A DNA stretch of 64,000 nt. Source: Pseudomonadota bacterium. GTDB lineage: Bacteria > Pseudomonadota > Gammaproteobacteria > Burkholderiales > Burkholderiaceae_C. The position numbers and the translations under genes are program-made. Shown here one piece after another: positions 26,802-36,489 of this stretch. The stretch spans positions 37,716-101,715 of the forward strand of contig JAZKFI010000036.1 in the NCBI GenBank assembly GCA_040386575.1. The letters run 5' to 3'. How positions within the stretch are numbered: position 1 is the first letter of the stretch; each line of letters begins with the position of its first letter. The notes below the pieces were generated by a model. That model was given only the letters and a program-made list of their open reading frames with translations, was not told the DNA's origin and did no database searches.

Positions 26802-27653
26802 TCAGCGGCCGGTGAATTGCGGGGGGCGCTTCTGGGCGAAGGCGCGAAAGCCCTCTTCGTAGTCAGATGTGGTCCTGAGCACACGGCCCAGGTTTTCTGA
26901 AATCTCAAGGCCTTCGCCGGGGCCTGTTCCCAACGAACGCATGACCGCATCGCGCGCCGCCTGCACTGCGAGCGGCGCGTTCGCAGCGATACGCGTTGCC
27001 ATTGCACTCGCGCAGGCATTCAGTTCATCGCGCGCCACCACGCGATTGACCAGGCCGATCCGCAGCGCCTCCTGGGCATCGATGGCCTCACCGGTGAGAA
27101 TCATTTCCAGCGCGCGGCCCAGGCCCACGACGCGCGGCAACCAATACATGCCGCCGCTGCCGGGAACAATGCCGCGCGTGACTTCGGGCAGCGCGAACAC
27201 CGTGTCATCGGCGGCGATGCGAATGTCGCAGCCCAGAGCCAGTTCCAGGCCTCCGCCACTCACGCGGCCATGCAGCGCGGCGATCACCGGCTTGCCCAGC
27301 CCCGGAGGCGGTGTGTAGTGCAGCTTGCGGCGCTCGCCAGACAAGGCCTCCAACGCATCGGCAGCAGCCAGCTCCTGTTCATCCTGCGCATCGCGCGCGT
27401 GCGCAAGGTAGCCGAAGCCGGGATGCGTCTGGCCTATGTCCATGCCAGAGCAAAAGCTCGGTCCTTCTCCCGCCAGCACGGCCACCCGAAGGTCGCGTCG
27501 CATCGCGATCTCTTGCCACGCGCCCGACAGGCTGCGCATCAGCTGCGGGTTGAGCGCGTTGTGGCGCGCGGGGCGCCTCAGGGTCAGGAAGGCGACCCCG
27601 TCCTCGCTGCGCAAATCCAGGACGGGCTGCGTCACCGGTGCGGCGCCGGTCAT
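26802..27653 (-). CDS. Enoyl-CoA hydratase/isomerase (crotonase family)
   Basis: 283 aa with the crotonase oxyanion region (GEGPSFCSGMDI, ALHGRVSGGGLELAL) and a C-terminal EGFRAFAQKRPPQFTGR. Confidence 0.85.
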   Translation of the reverse strand: MTGAAPVTQPVLDLRSEDGVAFLTLRRPARHNALNPQLMRSLSGAWQEIAMRRDLRVAVLAGEGPSFCSGMDIGQTHPGFGYLAHARDAQDEQELAAADALEALSGERRKLHYTPPPGLGKPVIAALHGRVSGGGLELALGCDIRIAADDTVFALPEVTRGIVPGSGGMYWLPRVVGLGRALEMILTGEAIDAQEALRIGLVNRVVARDELNACASAMATRIAANAPLAVQAARDAVMRSLGTGPGEGLEISENLGRVLRTTSDYEEGFRAFAQKRPPQFTGR

Positions 27654-28864
27654 TGCGCCCCAGGCACCCGGATCACGCCACGCGCGACGAGCTGGTCGAT
27701 AGCCGCCTCGTCATACCCCAGCGATTGAAGAATCTCCGCCGAGTGCTCGCCCAGCGCCGGAGCTGCGCGCCGGATGCTCGCAGGCGCATTGCGCATGTGG
27801 ATGGGACTTGCGAGCATGCGCGTCTCGCCCGCGACGGGGTGCTCATGGGTCACGACGCTGCCACGCGCTTTCGCATGGTCGCTTTCCACGGCCTCTGCCA
27901 CCGTCAGCACGGGACTGATGCACAGGTCCTTGTCCTTGAGCCGCTCGAACCACTCGTCGCGGGTTCGCGTGCGAAAGATCTGTGCCATGCCCGCGCGAAT
28001 CTCTTCCTGCCGTGCGTCATCCGCGTACTGATCAGGCAACCACTCGGGGCGCTCGAGCGCGTTGCACAGGTTGGCGAAGAAATGCTCTTCGATCGCCGAA
28101 ATGGTGACGTAGCCGCCGTCCGACGTTTCATAGATGTCCGACCACGGGTAGCGGCCGTTGTGGCGTTCCTCCCCTCGGCTGGGCGCCTTGCCGCCGCCCA
28201 GGTAAGTGGCCACCGCCGTCACCGACATCGACATCGCGCTGTCGAAGAGGGAAATGTCGATGTATTCACCCTCACCTGTGTGTTCCGCACGGCGCAGGCC
28301 CAGCAGGATGCCGATGGTCGCGAGATGCGCTGCCGCAAGGTCGGAAATCTGCGGGCCGCTCATCGCAGGCGGGCCGCCACGCCGGCCCAGCAGGCCCAGC
28401 ACGCCCGCCACCGACAGGTAGTTGGGATCGTGCGCGACGACATCGCGCAGCGGCCCGTTCTGCCCGAAGCCCGACAGCGCGCAATAAACGATGCGCGGGT
28501 TCACCTCGCGCACCGCTTCGTAGTGGATACCCAGGCGCTTGACCACGCCGGGGCGGAACTGCTCGAACACCACATGCGCTGTCTCGCAAAGCTTCATGAA
28601 GACCTCATGCCCCTCCTTGCTCTTGAGGTCGATCGCCAGGCCGCGCTTGTTGCGGTTGATCTGCGCGTGGCGAGCAGAGACGCCGTTGCGCAAGGGCGCG
28701 ACACCGCGAAAGTTGTCGCCTGCGCCGGTGTCTTCGATCTTGATCACGTCGGCGCCGAAGTCGGCCAGGATCTGCGTGGAGACAGGACCGGGCAGCTGGC
28801 GAGACAGATCGAGGACGATGACGCCCTCCAGCGGCAACCCAGTCTTTGAAGGCAATGCGGTCAT
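27650..28864 (-). CDS. Family III CoA-transferase (CaiB/BaiF/Frc type)
   Basis: The ATG at 28864 has AGGAAG 8 nt upstream. Motifs are GVIVLDLSRQLPGP...LADFGADVIKIE and NRNKR. The TTG at 28894 in the track is the less likely start. Confidence 0.85.
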   Translation of the reverse strand: MTALPSKTGLPLEGVIVLDLSRQLPGPVSTQILADFGADVIKIEDTGAGDNFRGVAPLRNGVSARHAQINRNKRGLAIDLKSKEGHEVFMKLCETAHVVFEQFRPGVVKRLGIHYEAVREVNPRIVYCALSGFGQNGPLRDVVAHDPNYLSVAGVLGLLGRRGGPPAMSGPQISDLAAAHLATIGILLGLRRAEHTGEGEYIDISLFDSAMSMSVTAVATYLGGGKAPSRGEERHNGRYPWSDIYETSDGGYVTISAIEEHFFANLCNALERPEWLPDQYADDARQEEIRAGMAQIFRTRTRDEWFERLKDKDLCISPVLTVAEAVESDHAKARGSVVTHEHPVAGETRMLASPIHMRNAPASIRRAAPALGEHSAEILQSLGYDEAAIDQLVARGVIRVPGAQ

Positions 28865-28898
28865 TCGTTGTGCTTCCTGCTTGAGTCGTTGCAATCGT

Positions 28899-29897
28899 TC
28901 ATTCGACGCGCGCGCCGGAGTCGCGCACCACCTTGCCCCACTTCACCGTCTCGGCCCTCACGTAGCTGGTGAAGGCGTCGGGCGTGGCGGTCATCGCGTC
29001 TGCGCCCTGCCCCACCATCTGCGCACGCACTTCGGGAAGCGCCATCACGGCGGAGATGTCGGCATTGAGCTTTCGCACGATGTCCGGCGGCGTGCCGGCG
29101 GGCGCGAAGACGCCATACCAGCCCAGCACCTCGAAGCCCGGCACACCCGATTCCGCCAAGGTGGGTATCTGGGGCGCGGCAGCTGCACGCGACGAGCCGG
29201 ACACGGCCAGGCCCCGCACCGTGCCCGCCTTCACCAGCGGAAGGCCGGTGGGCAGTGTGTCGAACATGATCTTGACCTGCCCGCCTGCCAGGTCCGCCAA
29301 CGCAGGACCGCTGCCCTTGTACGGGATGTGCTGCATCTTGAGGCCGGCCATGGTCTTGAAAAGCTCCACTGTCAGGTGGCCTACGGAGCCGCTACCCGCC
29401 GACGCGTAGTTGGCCTGCTCGGGTTTGGCCTTGACCAGCGCGATCAGCTCCTGCGCCGTGGCGACACCCAGCGATGGATGCACGACCAGGATGTGCGGCA
29501 TCGAGCCGATCGGCGCAACGGCGACGAAGTCCTTCACCGGGTCGTAGCCGAGCTTGGGGTACAGCGCAGGCGCGATCGCATGCGTTGCGACCGAGCCCAG
29601 TACCAGCGTGTAGCCGTCGGCGGATGCCTTCGCCGCAACGTCGGTGCCGAGCGTGCCGCCCGCGCCGCCCCGGTTGTCGATGACGACTGGTTGCTTCAGG
29701 CGCTCGGACAGCCTGGCCTGAACCAGTCGAGCCATGTAGTCCGAACCGCCGCCCGGCGGGAACGGCACGATCAGCTTGACCGGACGATCGGGATACGCCG
29801 ATTGCGCGAGGGCCGCAGGCATCGACATCAACGCACCGCACGCCGCGGCAAATGCCAGCACCGAACGACGAGATACAGAAGCGACAAGGCTTTTCAT
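28899..29897 (-). CDS. Bug-family (TctC-like) substrate-binding protein
   Basis: 332 aa with a signal peptide and the motifs VKLIVPFPPGGGSD and YASAGSGSVGHL. Confidence 0.85.
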   Translation of the reverse strand: MKSLVASVSRRSVLAFAAACGALMSMPAALAQSAYPDRPVKLIVPFPPGGGSDYMARLVQARLSERLKQPVVIDNRGGAGGTLGTDVAAKASADGYTLVLGSVATHAIAPALYPKLGYDPVKDFVAVAPIGSMPHILVVHPSLGVATAQELIALVKAKPEQANYASAGSGSVGHLTVELFKTMAGLKMQHIPYKGSGPALADLAGGQVKIMFDTLPTGLPLVKAGTVRGLAVSGSSRAAAAPQIPTLAESGVPGFEVLGWYGVFAPAGTPPDIVRKLNADISAVMALPEVRAQMVGQGADAMTATPDAFTSYVRAETVKWGKVVRDSGARVE

Positions 29898-29910
29898 CGA
29901 AGTCTCCAGG

Positions 29911-31614
29911 TCAGTAGTCGAACCGCTCGAACGCAGGCTGGCCGTCGGCTGCCTTGCGCACCAGGTAGCTGTGGGCCAGCGAGGTCTCGGTCTGCGGATA
30001 GTCCAGCCGGTAGTGCGCGCTGCGCGTCTCCGCGCGATTCAGGCACGCGCCCAGAACGAGCTCACTGGCCTGCGCCATATTGCGCACGCTCAGCGCGGAC
30101 ACCAGCGTGTCGAGGTTGGCGCGTGCGTCGGTTTCCATCTCGGCGCGCACTTCGCGCACCGTGTTCAAAGCCGAGCGAAGGCCGTCTCCCGTCTTCTCGA
30201 CCAGGCACTCGCCCTGCATGGCCTTTCGGATGCGGCTCGCCGGCCCCGCCGTGTCGGTGGGCACGCCACCGCGCAACAAGCGCTCGACACCATCGACCGA
30301 TTCAGCCAGCGTCGCGCCTGCACCTGCGCTACCCCGCATGCCAAGCGCGCGCAGGGCCGCCGCCTTGCCGCTGCGATGGCCGAAGACCTGGCCTTCGGCG
30401 AGCGAGTTGCCGCCCGGCCGGTCCGGTCCGCGAACGCCGCCCGCAAGTTCGCCGATGACGAACAGGCCCGGCACGCTGCTTTGCGCGTTGGCATCCGTCA
30501 TGCGAACACCGCCATTCATGCACTGGAATGCAACGCCCACTTCCAGCGTCTCCTTTTGCAGATCGACACCCCGCTCGTTCATCCAGCGCGCCGTGTTAGG
30601 CAGCACGCGGCGCATCTCCTGCGGCGGCACATGCGCGAACGAGAAGTACACACCGCCGTGCGGCGAGCCTCGGCCCTCCGCGACTTCGTGCGCCATCGCG
30701 ATGTCGAGATAGCGCGACACATTGGTCGCCGTGAAAGGAAAACCCTTCTCGTCATAAACAGTCTGCGCCGTGACGCCCTCGGGCAGGTAGTCCTGCAGGA
30801 ACTCGCGGCCGTCTGAATTGAGCATCTTCGGATACAGCCGGAAGGCCGACCCGCTGAACAGCTGCACATAGGGATGGACCAGCGCAGGACCGACCTGGTG
30901 GAACTCGAGGTTGACCAGCTCCGCGCCATGCCGAAAACAGATCGCCTGTCCGTCACCCGTCATCTCAGCCGTGGACACCTGCAGGTCGAAGCAGCTGTGC
31001 AGGCCGCCGGTGCCCAGCACCACCGAGGGCGCGCGGTAATGAACGAGCACGCCGCGCTTCGTGTCGAAGCCCAGCACCCCGCACGCTTCGCCCCTGGCAT
31101 CGCGCACCAGATCGACCAGCGAGACGCTGTCTTCCACCTGAACGCCGGTGCGCAGCAGTTCATCGGACAGCGCCTCCACGAAGGCCTTGCCGGTCTTGCC
31201 CTTCACGCCCAGCGCACGCGCATGGCTGCCGAAGTCGCTCTGGATCAGTTTGAAATGCTCGCCTTCGCGGTCGAACGGAACACCGATGGACATCAGGTCG
31301 CGGATGCGCTCGGGCGCCTCTTCGGCAAGCACCCGAACCAGCGTTGGATCAATGAAGCCCTGCCCGGCACGCATGGTGTCGTCGTAGTGCTTCTGCCGGC
31401 TGTCGGCTGCTTCGCCGAAGCCCGCCGCACCCATGCTCATGATCTCGCTGGCGCCGTGCACGGTGCTGCCGCCCGTCTTGAACGGCGCCTTGGTCAACAT
31501 GCGCACGCTGGCGCCCTCGCTGCGCGCAGAAAGCGCGGCGCGGCTGGCAGCGCCGCCACCGCCGACGATCACGACGTCGGCGTCACGCGTCTCGAGCTGG
31601 ATGCGCGCAGTCAT
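29911..31614 (-). CDS. FAD-binding oxidoreductase of the succinate dehydrogenase/fumarate reductase/L-aspartate oxidase flavoprotein family (no Fe-S partner nearby)
   Basis: 567 aa with the dinucleotide fold DVVIVGGGGAASRAA, SdhA-like middle and capping regions, and GLFVIGELAGG. Confidence 0.75.
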   Translation of the reverse strand: MTARIQLETRDADVVIVGGGGAASRAALSARSEGASVRMLTKAPFKTGGSTVHGASEIMSMGAAGFGEAADSRQKHYDDTMRAGQGFIDPTLVRVLAEEAPERIRDLMSIGVPFDREGEHFKLIQSDFGSHARALGVKGKTGKAFVEALSDELLRTGVQVEDSVSLVDLVRDARGEACGVLGFDTKRGVLVHYRAPSVVLGTGGLHSCFDLQVSTAEMTGDGQAICFRHGAELVNLEFHQVGPALVHPYVQLFSGSAFRLYPKMLNSDGREFLQDYLPEGVTAQTVYDEKGFPFTATNVSRYLDIAMAHEVAEGRGSPHGGVYFSFAHVPPQEMRRVLPNTARWMNERGVDLQKETLEVGVAFQCMNGGVRMTDANAQSSVPGLFVIGELAGGVRGPDRPGGNSLAEGQVFGHRSGKAAALRALGMRGSAGAGATLAESVDGVERLLRGGVPTDTAGPASRIRKAMQGECLVEKTGDGLRSALNTVREVRAEMETDARANLDTLVSALSVRNMAQASELVLGACLNRAETRSAHYRLDYPQTETSLAHSYLVRKAADGQPAFERFDY

Positions 31615-31615
31615 C

Positions 31616-32797
31616 TCAGCGCCCCGACGTCAGTTCGCGCGCGACCACATTGCGCAGGATTTCGCCGGTGCCGCCCAGAATCTGGAACACCTTGGCTTCG
31701 CGGAAGTGCCGCTGCATGGCGTACTCCATCGAGTAGCCGTTGGCCCCCATCACCTGCAGCCCCTCCAGCGCGACCTTCATGTAGGTGTCGCCTGCGAAGT
31801 ACTTGGCCTGCGCCGATTCCACATTGCACTCCTGGCCCGACGCCAGCAGCGCAGCACCGCGATAGGTCAGCAGGCGTGCGCAATCGACCTGCGTCTGCAA
31901 TTCGACCAGGCGATGGTTGATCGCCTGGAAGGACGAGATCGAGCGGCCGAACTGCTTGCGCTCGTTGGTGTATTCGATGGCCAGGTCCAGCGCCGACTGC
32001 GCCGCGCCAACCACGATGGCGCCCAACGCAATGCGCTCCTTGGCCAGCACACCCATCAGCTGGCGCCAGCCGTGATGCAGGTCGCCCACCAGCTGGCTCG
32101 CATGCACCTTCGCATCGACCAGGTTCAGCTCGCACGAGCGCACCATGTGGCCGCCCAGCAAGTCGATCGGCCGCACCTCCAGCCCTGGCGTCGGATTGGG
32201 CACCAGCAGCAGGCTGATGCCTTCGTGCTTGCCTTCGCCTTTTTCGGTGCGGATCGCCATCAGGATGTTGTTGGCCTGCATGGAACCGGTGATCCACATC
32301 TTGGTGCCGTTGACGCGGAAGTAGTCGCCTTCCCGGACCGCATTCGTCTTCAGGCTGGCGGCGTCCGAGCCCGAGCCGTTTTCGCTCAGTGCAAACGCAA
32401 AGAAGGTCTTGCCCTCCGCCAGGCGCGGCAGCAGCTCGCGCTTCATCTCGGGGGTGGCCAGATGCACGAGCGCGCCGCCCACCATGTTGACGTTGATGTT
32501 CCAGTAGCGCGCCAGCGTGCTGCTGTGATAGCCGATCACTTCCAGCATGCCGATCATGTCCATCGCGCCGCCAACGCCGCCGTACTCTTCGGGCAGGTTC
32601 ACGGCGAACCAGCCCTGGCGTGCCATCAGGTCCACCAGTTCGGTGGGAAAGCGCTTTTCCTCGTCGGCGCGCCGCAGGTATTCAGGCGTGGCGTGTTCGG
32701 CGAGCGCGCGATGAACGCTCTCGCGGAACTCGAACTGTTCGGCGTTGAGGTAGGGAGCCAGCTCGCGGCGGCCCAGCAATTTCTCGAGTTTCTGCAT
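31616..32797 (-). CDS. Acyl-CoA dehydrogenase
   Basis: 393 aa with the ACAD pattern (FALSENGSGSDAASL, GTKMWITG, ILGGTGEILRNVVAREL). Confidence 0.85.
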   Translation of the reverse strand: MQKLEKLLGRRELAPYLNAEQFEFRESVHRALAEHATPEYLRRADEEKRFPTELVDLMARQGWFAVNLPEEYGGVGGAMDMIGMLEVIGYHSSTLARYWNINVNMVGGALVHLATPEMKRELLPRLAEGKTFFAFALSENGSGSDAASLKTNAVREGDYFRVNGTKMWITGSMQANNILMAIRTEKGEGKHEGISLLLVPNPTPGLEVRPIDLLGGHMVRSCELNLVDAKVHASQLVGDLHHGWRQLMGVLAKERIALGAIVVGAAQSALDLAIEYTNERKQFGRSISSFQAINHRLVELQTQVDCARLLTYRGAALLASGQECNVESAQAKYFAGDTYMKVALEGLQVMGANGYSMEYAMQRHFREAKVFQILGGTGEILRNVVARELTSGR

Positions 32798-32821
32798 GTC
32801 GTGTCCTTCCCTGTCGTTCGT

Positions 32822-33856
32822 TCAGCTGGCGCAGGCAAGCGCTCGCACGTTCATGTCGCGCACGTTCACATCGGCTGCCACCAGCGAGTACAGGCTCGCA
32901 ATGAAGCCCTGGCCGTAGGGATTGGCCTCGGCGAGGTAGCGCGGGTTCGGGCTTGCGACGTTCACGATCAGCGGACCCTTTTGCTGGTGGCGCAGCGTGC
33001 CGGTGCGCAGGTCGAAGTGGTGGCGCAGCACGTACTCCAGCCCCTTCACACCTGCTTCCTCGAACTCCTTGCCCAGCAAGCCGAGCTGGTAGCCCTTCAC
33101 GAAGCCGTAGCTGATCATCACCGTGGCGCTGGAGTCGATCAGGGAGTAGCTGTCATCGACCGTCGCGCGCCAGAAGCCGTCTTCCTGCAAGGCCAGCAGC
33201 GAAGCGCAGGTCTGGCGGAACATGGCGAGCAATTGCTCGGAGGGCTTGTCGATCACTTCCAGCGAATCGACCACACCCGCAAGCCACCAGCCATTGGCGC
33301 GGCCCCAGGCCGTGCCGTCGATCCACAGGTCCACCTTGCAGTAGCTGTCTTCCACGGCAACCGCAGCGTTGAGCACATGGCGGATCAGGCCGGTCTCGGT
33401 CGCGAGCAGTTCGTGGTGGCGCACCAGGTCGGACACGGCGCGATCGCTCTCACCCATGATGGCCAGCGAGGGCGCAACCATGTAGGCGGTGTCGGCGAAG
33501 ATCCAGCCGGGCGTGCTGGGCGCCGTCGAGAACACGGGCGCGCCCGCGACTTCGACCCGCTCGCTCAGGTAGATGGCGAGCGCTTCGCGCGCCTGTCCTT
33601 CGTAGCCGGCCAACACCAGCGGACGGATACGCGACATCGAATCGCTGATGTTCGGATGCGCGACGATGCGGCCCAGCGGGTTCTTGCTGCGGGGGATGTT
33701 GCCGGTGCCTGCGAGGGTGTGCTCCAGCTGCTCCTTGAGCATCTGCGTGTGGCCCGACAGATGCATGCCGTTGAGCATGGCGGCGTGCTTGCCGCCGGTG
33801 TCGATCGGCTCCTGGAGGCCGCGCTCCAGCATCTTGCGGACGATGGTTTCTGCCAT
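32822..33856 (-). CDS. Glycoside hydrolase family 88/105-like (alpha/alpha)6-barrel protein
   Basis: 344 aa. The WGRANGWWLAG motif and overall pattern resemble unsaturated glucuronyl/rhamnogalacturonyl hydrolases. The gene context is atypical for that family. Confidence 0.5.
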   Translation of the reverse strand: MAETIVRKMLERGLQEPIDTGGKHAAMLNGMHLSGHTQMLKEQLEHTLAGTGNIPRSKNPLGRIVAHPNISDSMSRIRPLVLAGYEGQAREALAIYLSERVEVAGAPVFSTAPSTPGWIFADTAYMVAPSLAIMGESDRAVSDLVRHHELLATETGLIRHVLNAAVAVEDSYCKVDLWIDGTAWGRANGWWLAGVVDSLEVIDKPSEQLLAMFRQTCASLLALQEDGFWRATVDDSYSLIDSSATVMISYGFVKGYQLGLLGKEFEEAGVKGLEYVLRHHFDLRTGTLRHQQKGPLIVNVASPNPRYLAEANPYGQGFIASLYSLVAADVNVRDMNVRALACAS

Positions 33857-33869
33857 GGATAAAACTCCT

Positions 33870-35486
33870 TCAGTTCAGTTGTTCTTGGCGGGCCGGCAGG
33901 TGCAGGCCCATGGGTTCGGAAGAAAAAAGGCGTGCGTCCATCGCCTTGCAATCGGGCGAAACGCGCAGGGGAAATTCCAGGTGCGGACGGATCTGCGTAT
34001 CGATGTCTATGCCCGGTGCAACCTCGATGAGGATCAGCCCTTCTTCGTCCAGCGCGAAGACGCAGCGCTCGGTGATGACACGCACGTGGGTGCCGCGCTC
34101 GAATGCGCTCGGTCCGTGCAGGTTGACCTGCTCCAGGTTGGCAAGCAGCTTGCGATGACGGCCTTCCCGGTCGATGCGCAAGATGGGCGTGCCGCTCGAC
34201 GGGTGGTCCACGTCTACCTGCAGCCCGCCGCTGTTGAGCGTGCCGCAAAGCAGCACCTTGCGCGTGCGATAGGTGATATCGACGAAGCCACCCGGGCCCC
34301 GGATGTTGCCGTCGAAGCGGCCGACATTCACGCTGCCCTGCCCATCGATCTGCGCGAAGCCCAGCAGCGTCGCGTCGAGCCCGCCGCCGTGATAGAAATC
34401 CATCAGGTCGGCGGCATCGACGATGGCGTCAGGGTTGAAGTGGGCGCCGAACGCACCGGTCTGCCCTGGCACACCCATGGCCGGAATCCCGCCCAATGCG
34501 CCGTGCTCCACGCTGAAAGTGATGTCGCCCAGCGCGCCCTCTTCCGCCAGCACGCTCGGCAACTGCGAGCCCATGCCCACGCCCAGGTTCACGATGTCGC
34601 GCGCCTGCAGCTCCATCGCGGCGCGGCGGACGATGATCTTCTGATGGTCCAAGGCCATGGGCTGCGGCATCGGCGCTTCGCGCCTGGCGCCGGTGAAGGC
34701 GGGCTCATGGCCCAGTTGTGTCTGTATCGCATCGGCGTCCACGACGACCGCGTCGACCCAGATGCCGGGGATCTCCACGTTGCGCGGATGCAGGCTGCCC
34801 GCCGCCACGATGCGCTTGACCACGGCGATCACGCGGCCGCCGCTGGTGCGTGCCGCCATTGCAAGATGCCGCACGCTGCCGGAGATCGGCTCGTCTTCCA
34901 GGCTGATGTTGCCGTGCTCGTCGGCCACGGAGCCGCGCACGATCGCCACGTCGATGCGTTTGCTTCGCAGCAGCATGCAGGGCTCGCCGTCAATCTCCAG
35001 CCGCTGCAGCAGGTCCAGCGGCGGCACGGACGGATGCACCCGCACGTCGCCGCCCTCGGGGTCGAAGTAGGTGTTCAGGCCGGCGCGTGTGAGCAGCCCC
35101 GGCGAGCGTGCCGCGCACTCGCGCAGCCAGCGGTACATCACGCCCATCGGCAGCACATAGGTCGCGATGCGCCCATCCATCACGGCCGCCATGAGCTTTG
35201 GCGTATCGCGCACGTTGTACGAAGACGCGATCAGCGTCTTGACCATGCCTTGCGCTGCAAGATGCTCCAGTCCTGTCGTTTCGCCTGCGACCGACCAGCC
35301 CGTGCGGCACGGGCAGATCACCGTCAGGCCTGCAGGTTCGCCGGTGTCCGCGAAGCGCTTTTCAAGCGCGCGCAGCACCGCCTCCGTGGACAGCAGCGAC
35401 ACGACCCCCGAGATCGCGACCGTGTCACCCGAGCGAACCAACGCAGCAGCCTGCGCAGCTTCCATGACGCGCGCACCAGCCATCAA
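33870..35486 (-). CDS. Family I CoA-transferase, fused alpha-beta type (acyl-CoA:acetate/3-ketoacid CoA-transferase, YdiF-like)
   Basis: 538 aa. The N-terminus LVRSGDTVAISG..., the middle and C-terminal halves and the length fit fused CoA-transferases. Confidence 0.7.
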   Translation of the reverse strand: MMAGARVMEAAQAAALVRSGDTVAISGVVSLLSTEAVLRALEKRFADTGEPAGLTVICPCRTGWSVAGETTGLEHLAAQGMVKTLIASSYNVRDTPKLMAAVMDGRIATYVLPMGVMYRWLRECAARSPGLLTRAGLNTYFDPEGGDVRVHPSVPPLDLLQRLEIDGEPCMLLRSKRIDVAIVRGSVADEHGNISLEDEPISGSVRHLAMAARTSGGRVIAVVKRIVAAGSLHPRNVEIPGIWVDAVVVDADAIQTQLGHEPAFTGARREAPMPQPMALDHQKIIVRRAAMELQARDIVNLGVGMGSQLPSVLAEEGALGDITFSVEHGALGGIPAMGVPGQTGAFGAHFNPDAIVDAADLMDFYHGGGLDATLLGFAQIDGQGSVNVGRFDGNIRGPGGFVDITYRTRKVLLCGTLNSGGLQVDVDHPSSGTPILRIDREGRHRKLLANLEQVNLHGPSAFERGTHVRVITERCVFALDEEGLILIEVAPGIDIDTQIRPHLEFPLRVSPDCKAMDARLFSSEPMGLHLPARQEQLN

Positions 35487-36466
35487 TCGACCTTCAGGTT
35501 GGCGCGGCGGATCACGTCACCCCAACGGGTGATCTCCGAGCGGATGAACTGGTCGAACCCCTTGGGCGTGTTGGCGCTGAAATCCGCGCCCAGCCCTGCC
35601 AGCTTTTCCTTGACCTCGGGCTCGTTCATGATTTTGGTGACTGCGGCATTCAGCGCCGCCACCGTCTGCGGTGGCGTCCCCTTGGGCGCGAGCAAGCCGG
35701 CCCAGGCGACAGCGCTGTAGCCGGGGACACCGGCCTCCGCCACCGTGGGCAGGTCCGGCGCTGCCGGTGAGCGACGCTCGGAGCTCACGGCCAATGCGCG
35801 AAGCCGGCCTGTCTTGACCTGCGGCAGCGCAGACACCATGGATGCCAGCATCATGTTCACCTGGCCGCCCAGCAGGTCGGCCTCTGCCGGTGCGCTGCCC
35901 TTGTAAGGCACATGCACGAGTTCGATACCGGCCATGTCGGCAAACATGGCCGCTGCCAGATGCTGCGACGAACCATTGCCGCCCGAGGCGTAAGAGACCA
36001 TGCCGGGTTGCGCCTTGGCGCGCTTGATCAATTCGGCCGTGCTCGTCACGGGAACCGACGGATGCACGACCAGCACGCTGGGTTGCGTGAGCAGCAGCAG
36101 GATGGGTTCGAAGTCGGTCAGCGTGTCGTACGGCAGCTTCTTGTACAGCGTGACATTGCTCGCATGGCCCGGAGCGACGATCACCAGCGTGTGGCCGTCG
36201 GCGGGTGCGCGCGCCACGACCTCCGAGCCCATGATGCCGTTGGCGCCGGGCTTGTTGTCGATCACGACCGTCGTGCCCAGCGCAGGGCCCAGGCGCTGGC
36301 CGATCATGCGGGCGACGATGTCGGTGGTGCCGCCCGGTGCGAACGGCACCACGATGCGGATCGGCTTGGAAGCCCAGTTGGGCGCGGTGGTTTGCGCCTG
36401 CGTCGTGAACGGAACGCACGCTGCGAGCAGCGCGGTTGAAAAGATGCGGCGGGTCAGTAGTTTCAT
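35483..36466 (-). CDS. Bug-family (TctC-like) substrate-binding protein
   Basis: 327 aa from MKLLTRRIFSTALLAAC with IRIVVPFAPGGTTD. The track ORF's 82-aa N-terminal extension is rejected. Confidence 0.85.
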   Translation of the reverse strand: MKLLTRRIFSTALLAACVPFTTQAQTTAPNWASKPIRIVVPFAPGGTTDIVARMIGQRLGPALGTTVVIDNKPGANGIMGSEVVARAPADGHTLVIVAPGHASNVTLYKKLPYDTLTDFEPILLLLTQPSVLVVHPSVPVTSTAELIKRAKAQPGMVSYASGGNGSSQHLAAAMFADMAGIELVHVPYKGSAPAEADLLGGQVNMMLASMVSALPQVKTGRLRALAVSSERRSPAAPDLPTVAEAGVPGYSAVAWAGLLAPKGTPPQTVAALNAAVTKIMNEPEVKEKLAGLGADFSANTPKGFDQFIRSEITRWGDVIRRANLKVD

Positions 36467-36489
36467 GATGTGTGTGATGGGCTTGAAGT

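Noticed and set aside
28539-35720. Long plus-strand ORFs (28539-30458, 31433-33862, 33648-35720; 639-809 aa)
   Set aside because: All lie antisense to minus-strand genes with clear family signatures (Bug, flavoprotein, ACAD, GH88-like, CoA-transferase). Their translations are low-complexity and R/A/H/G-rich.
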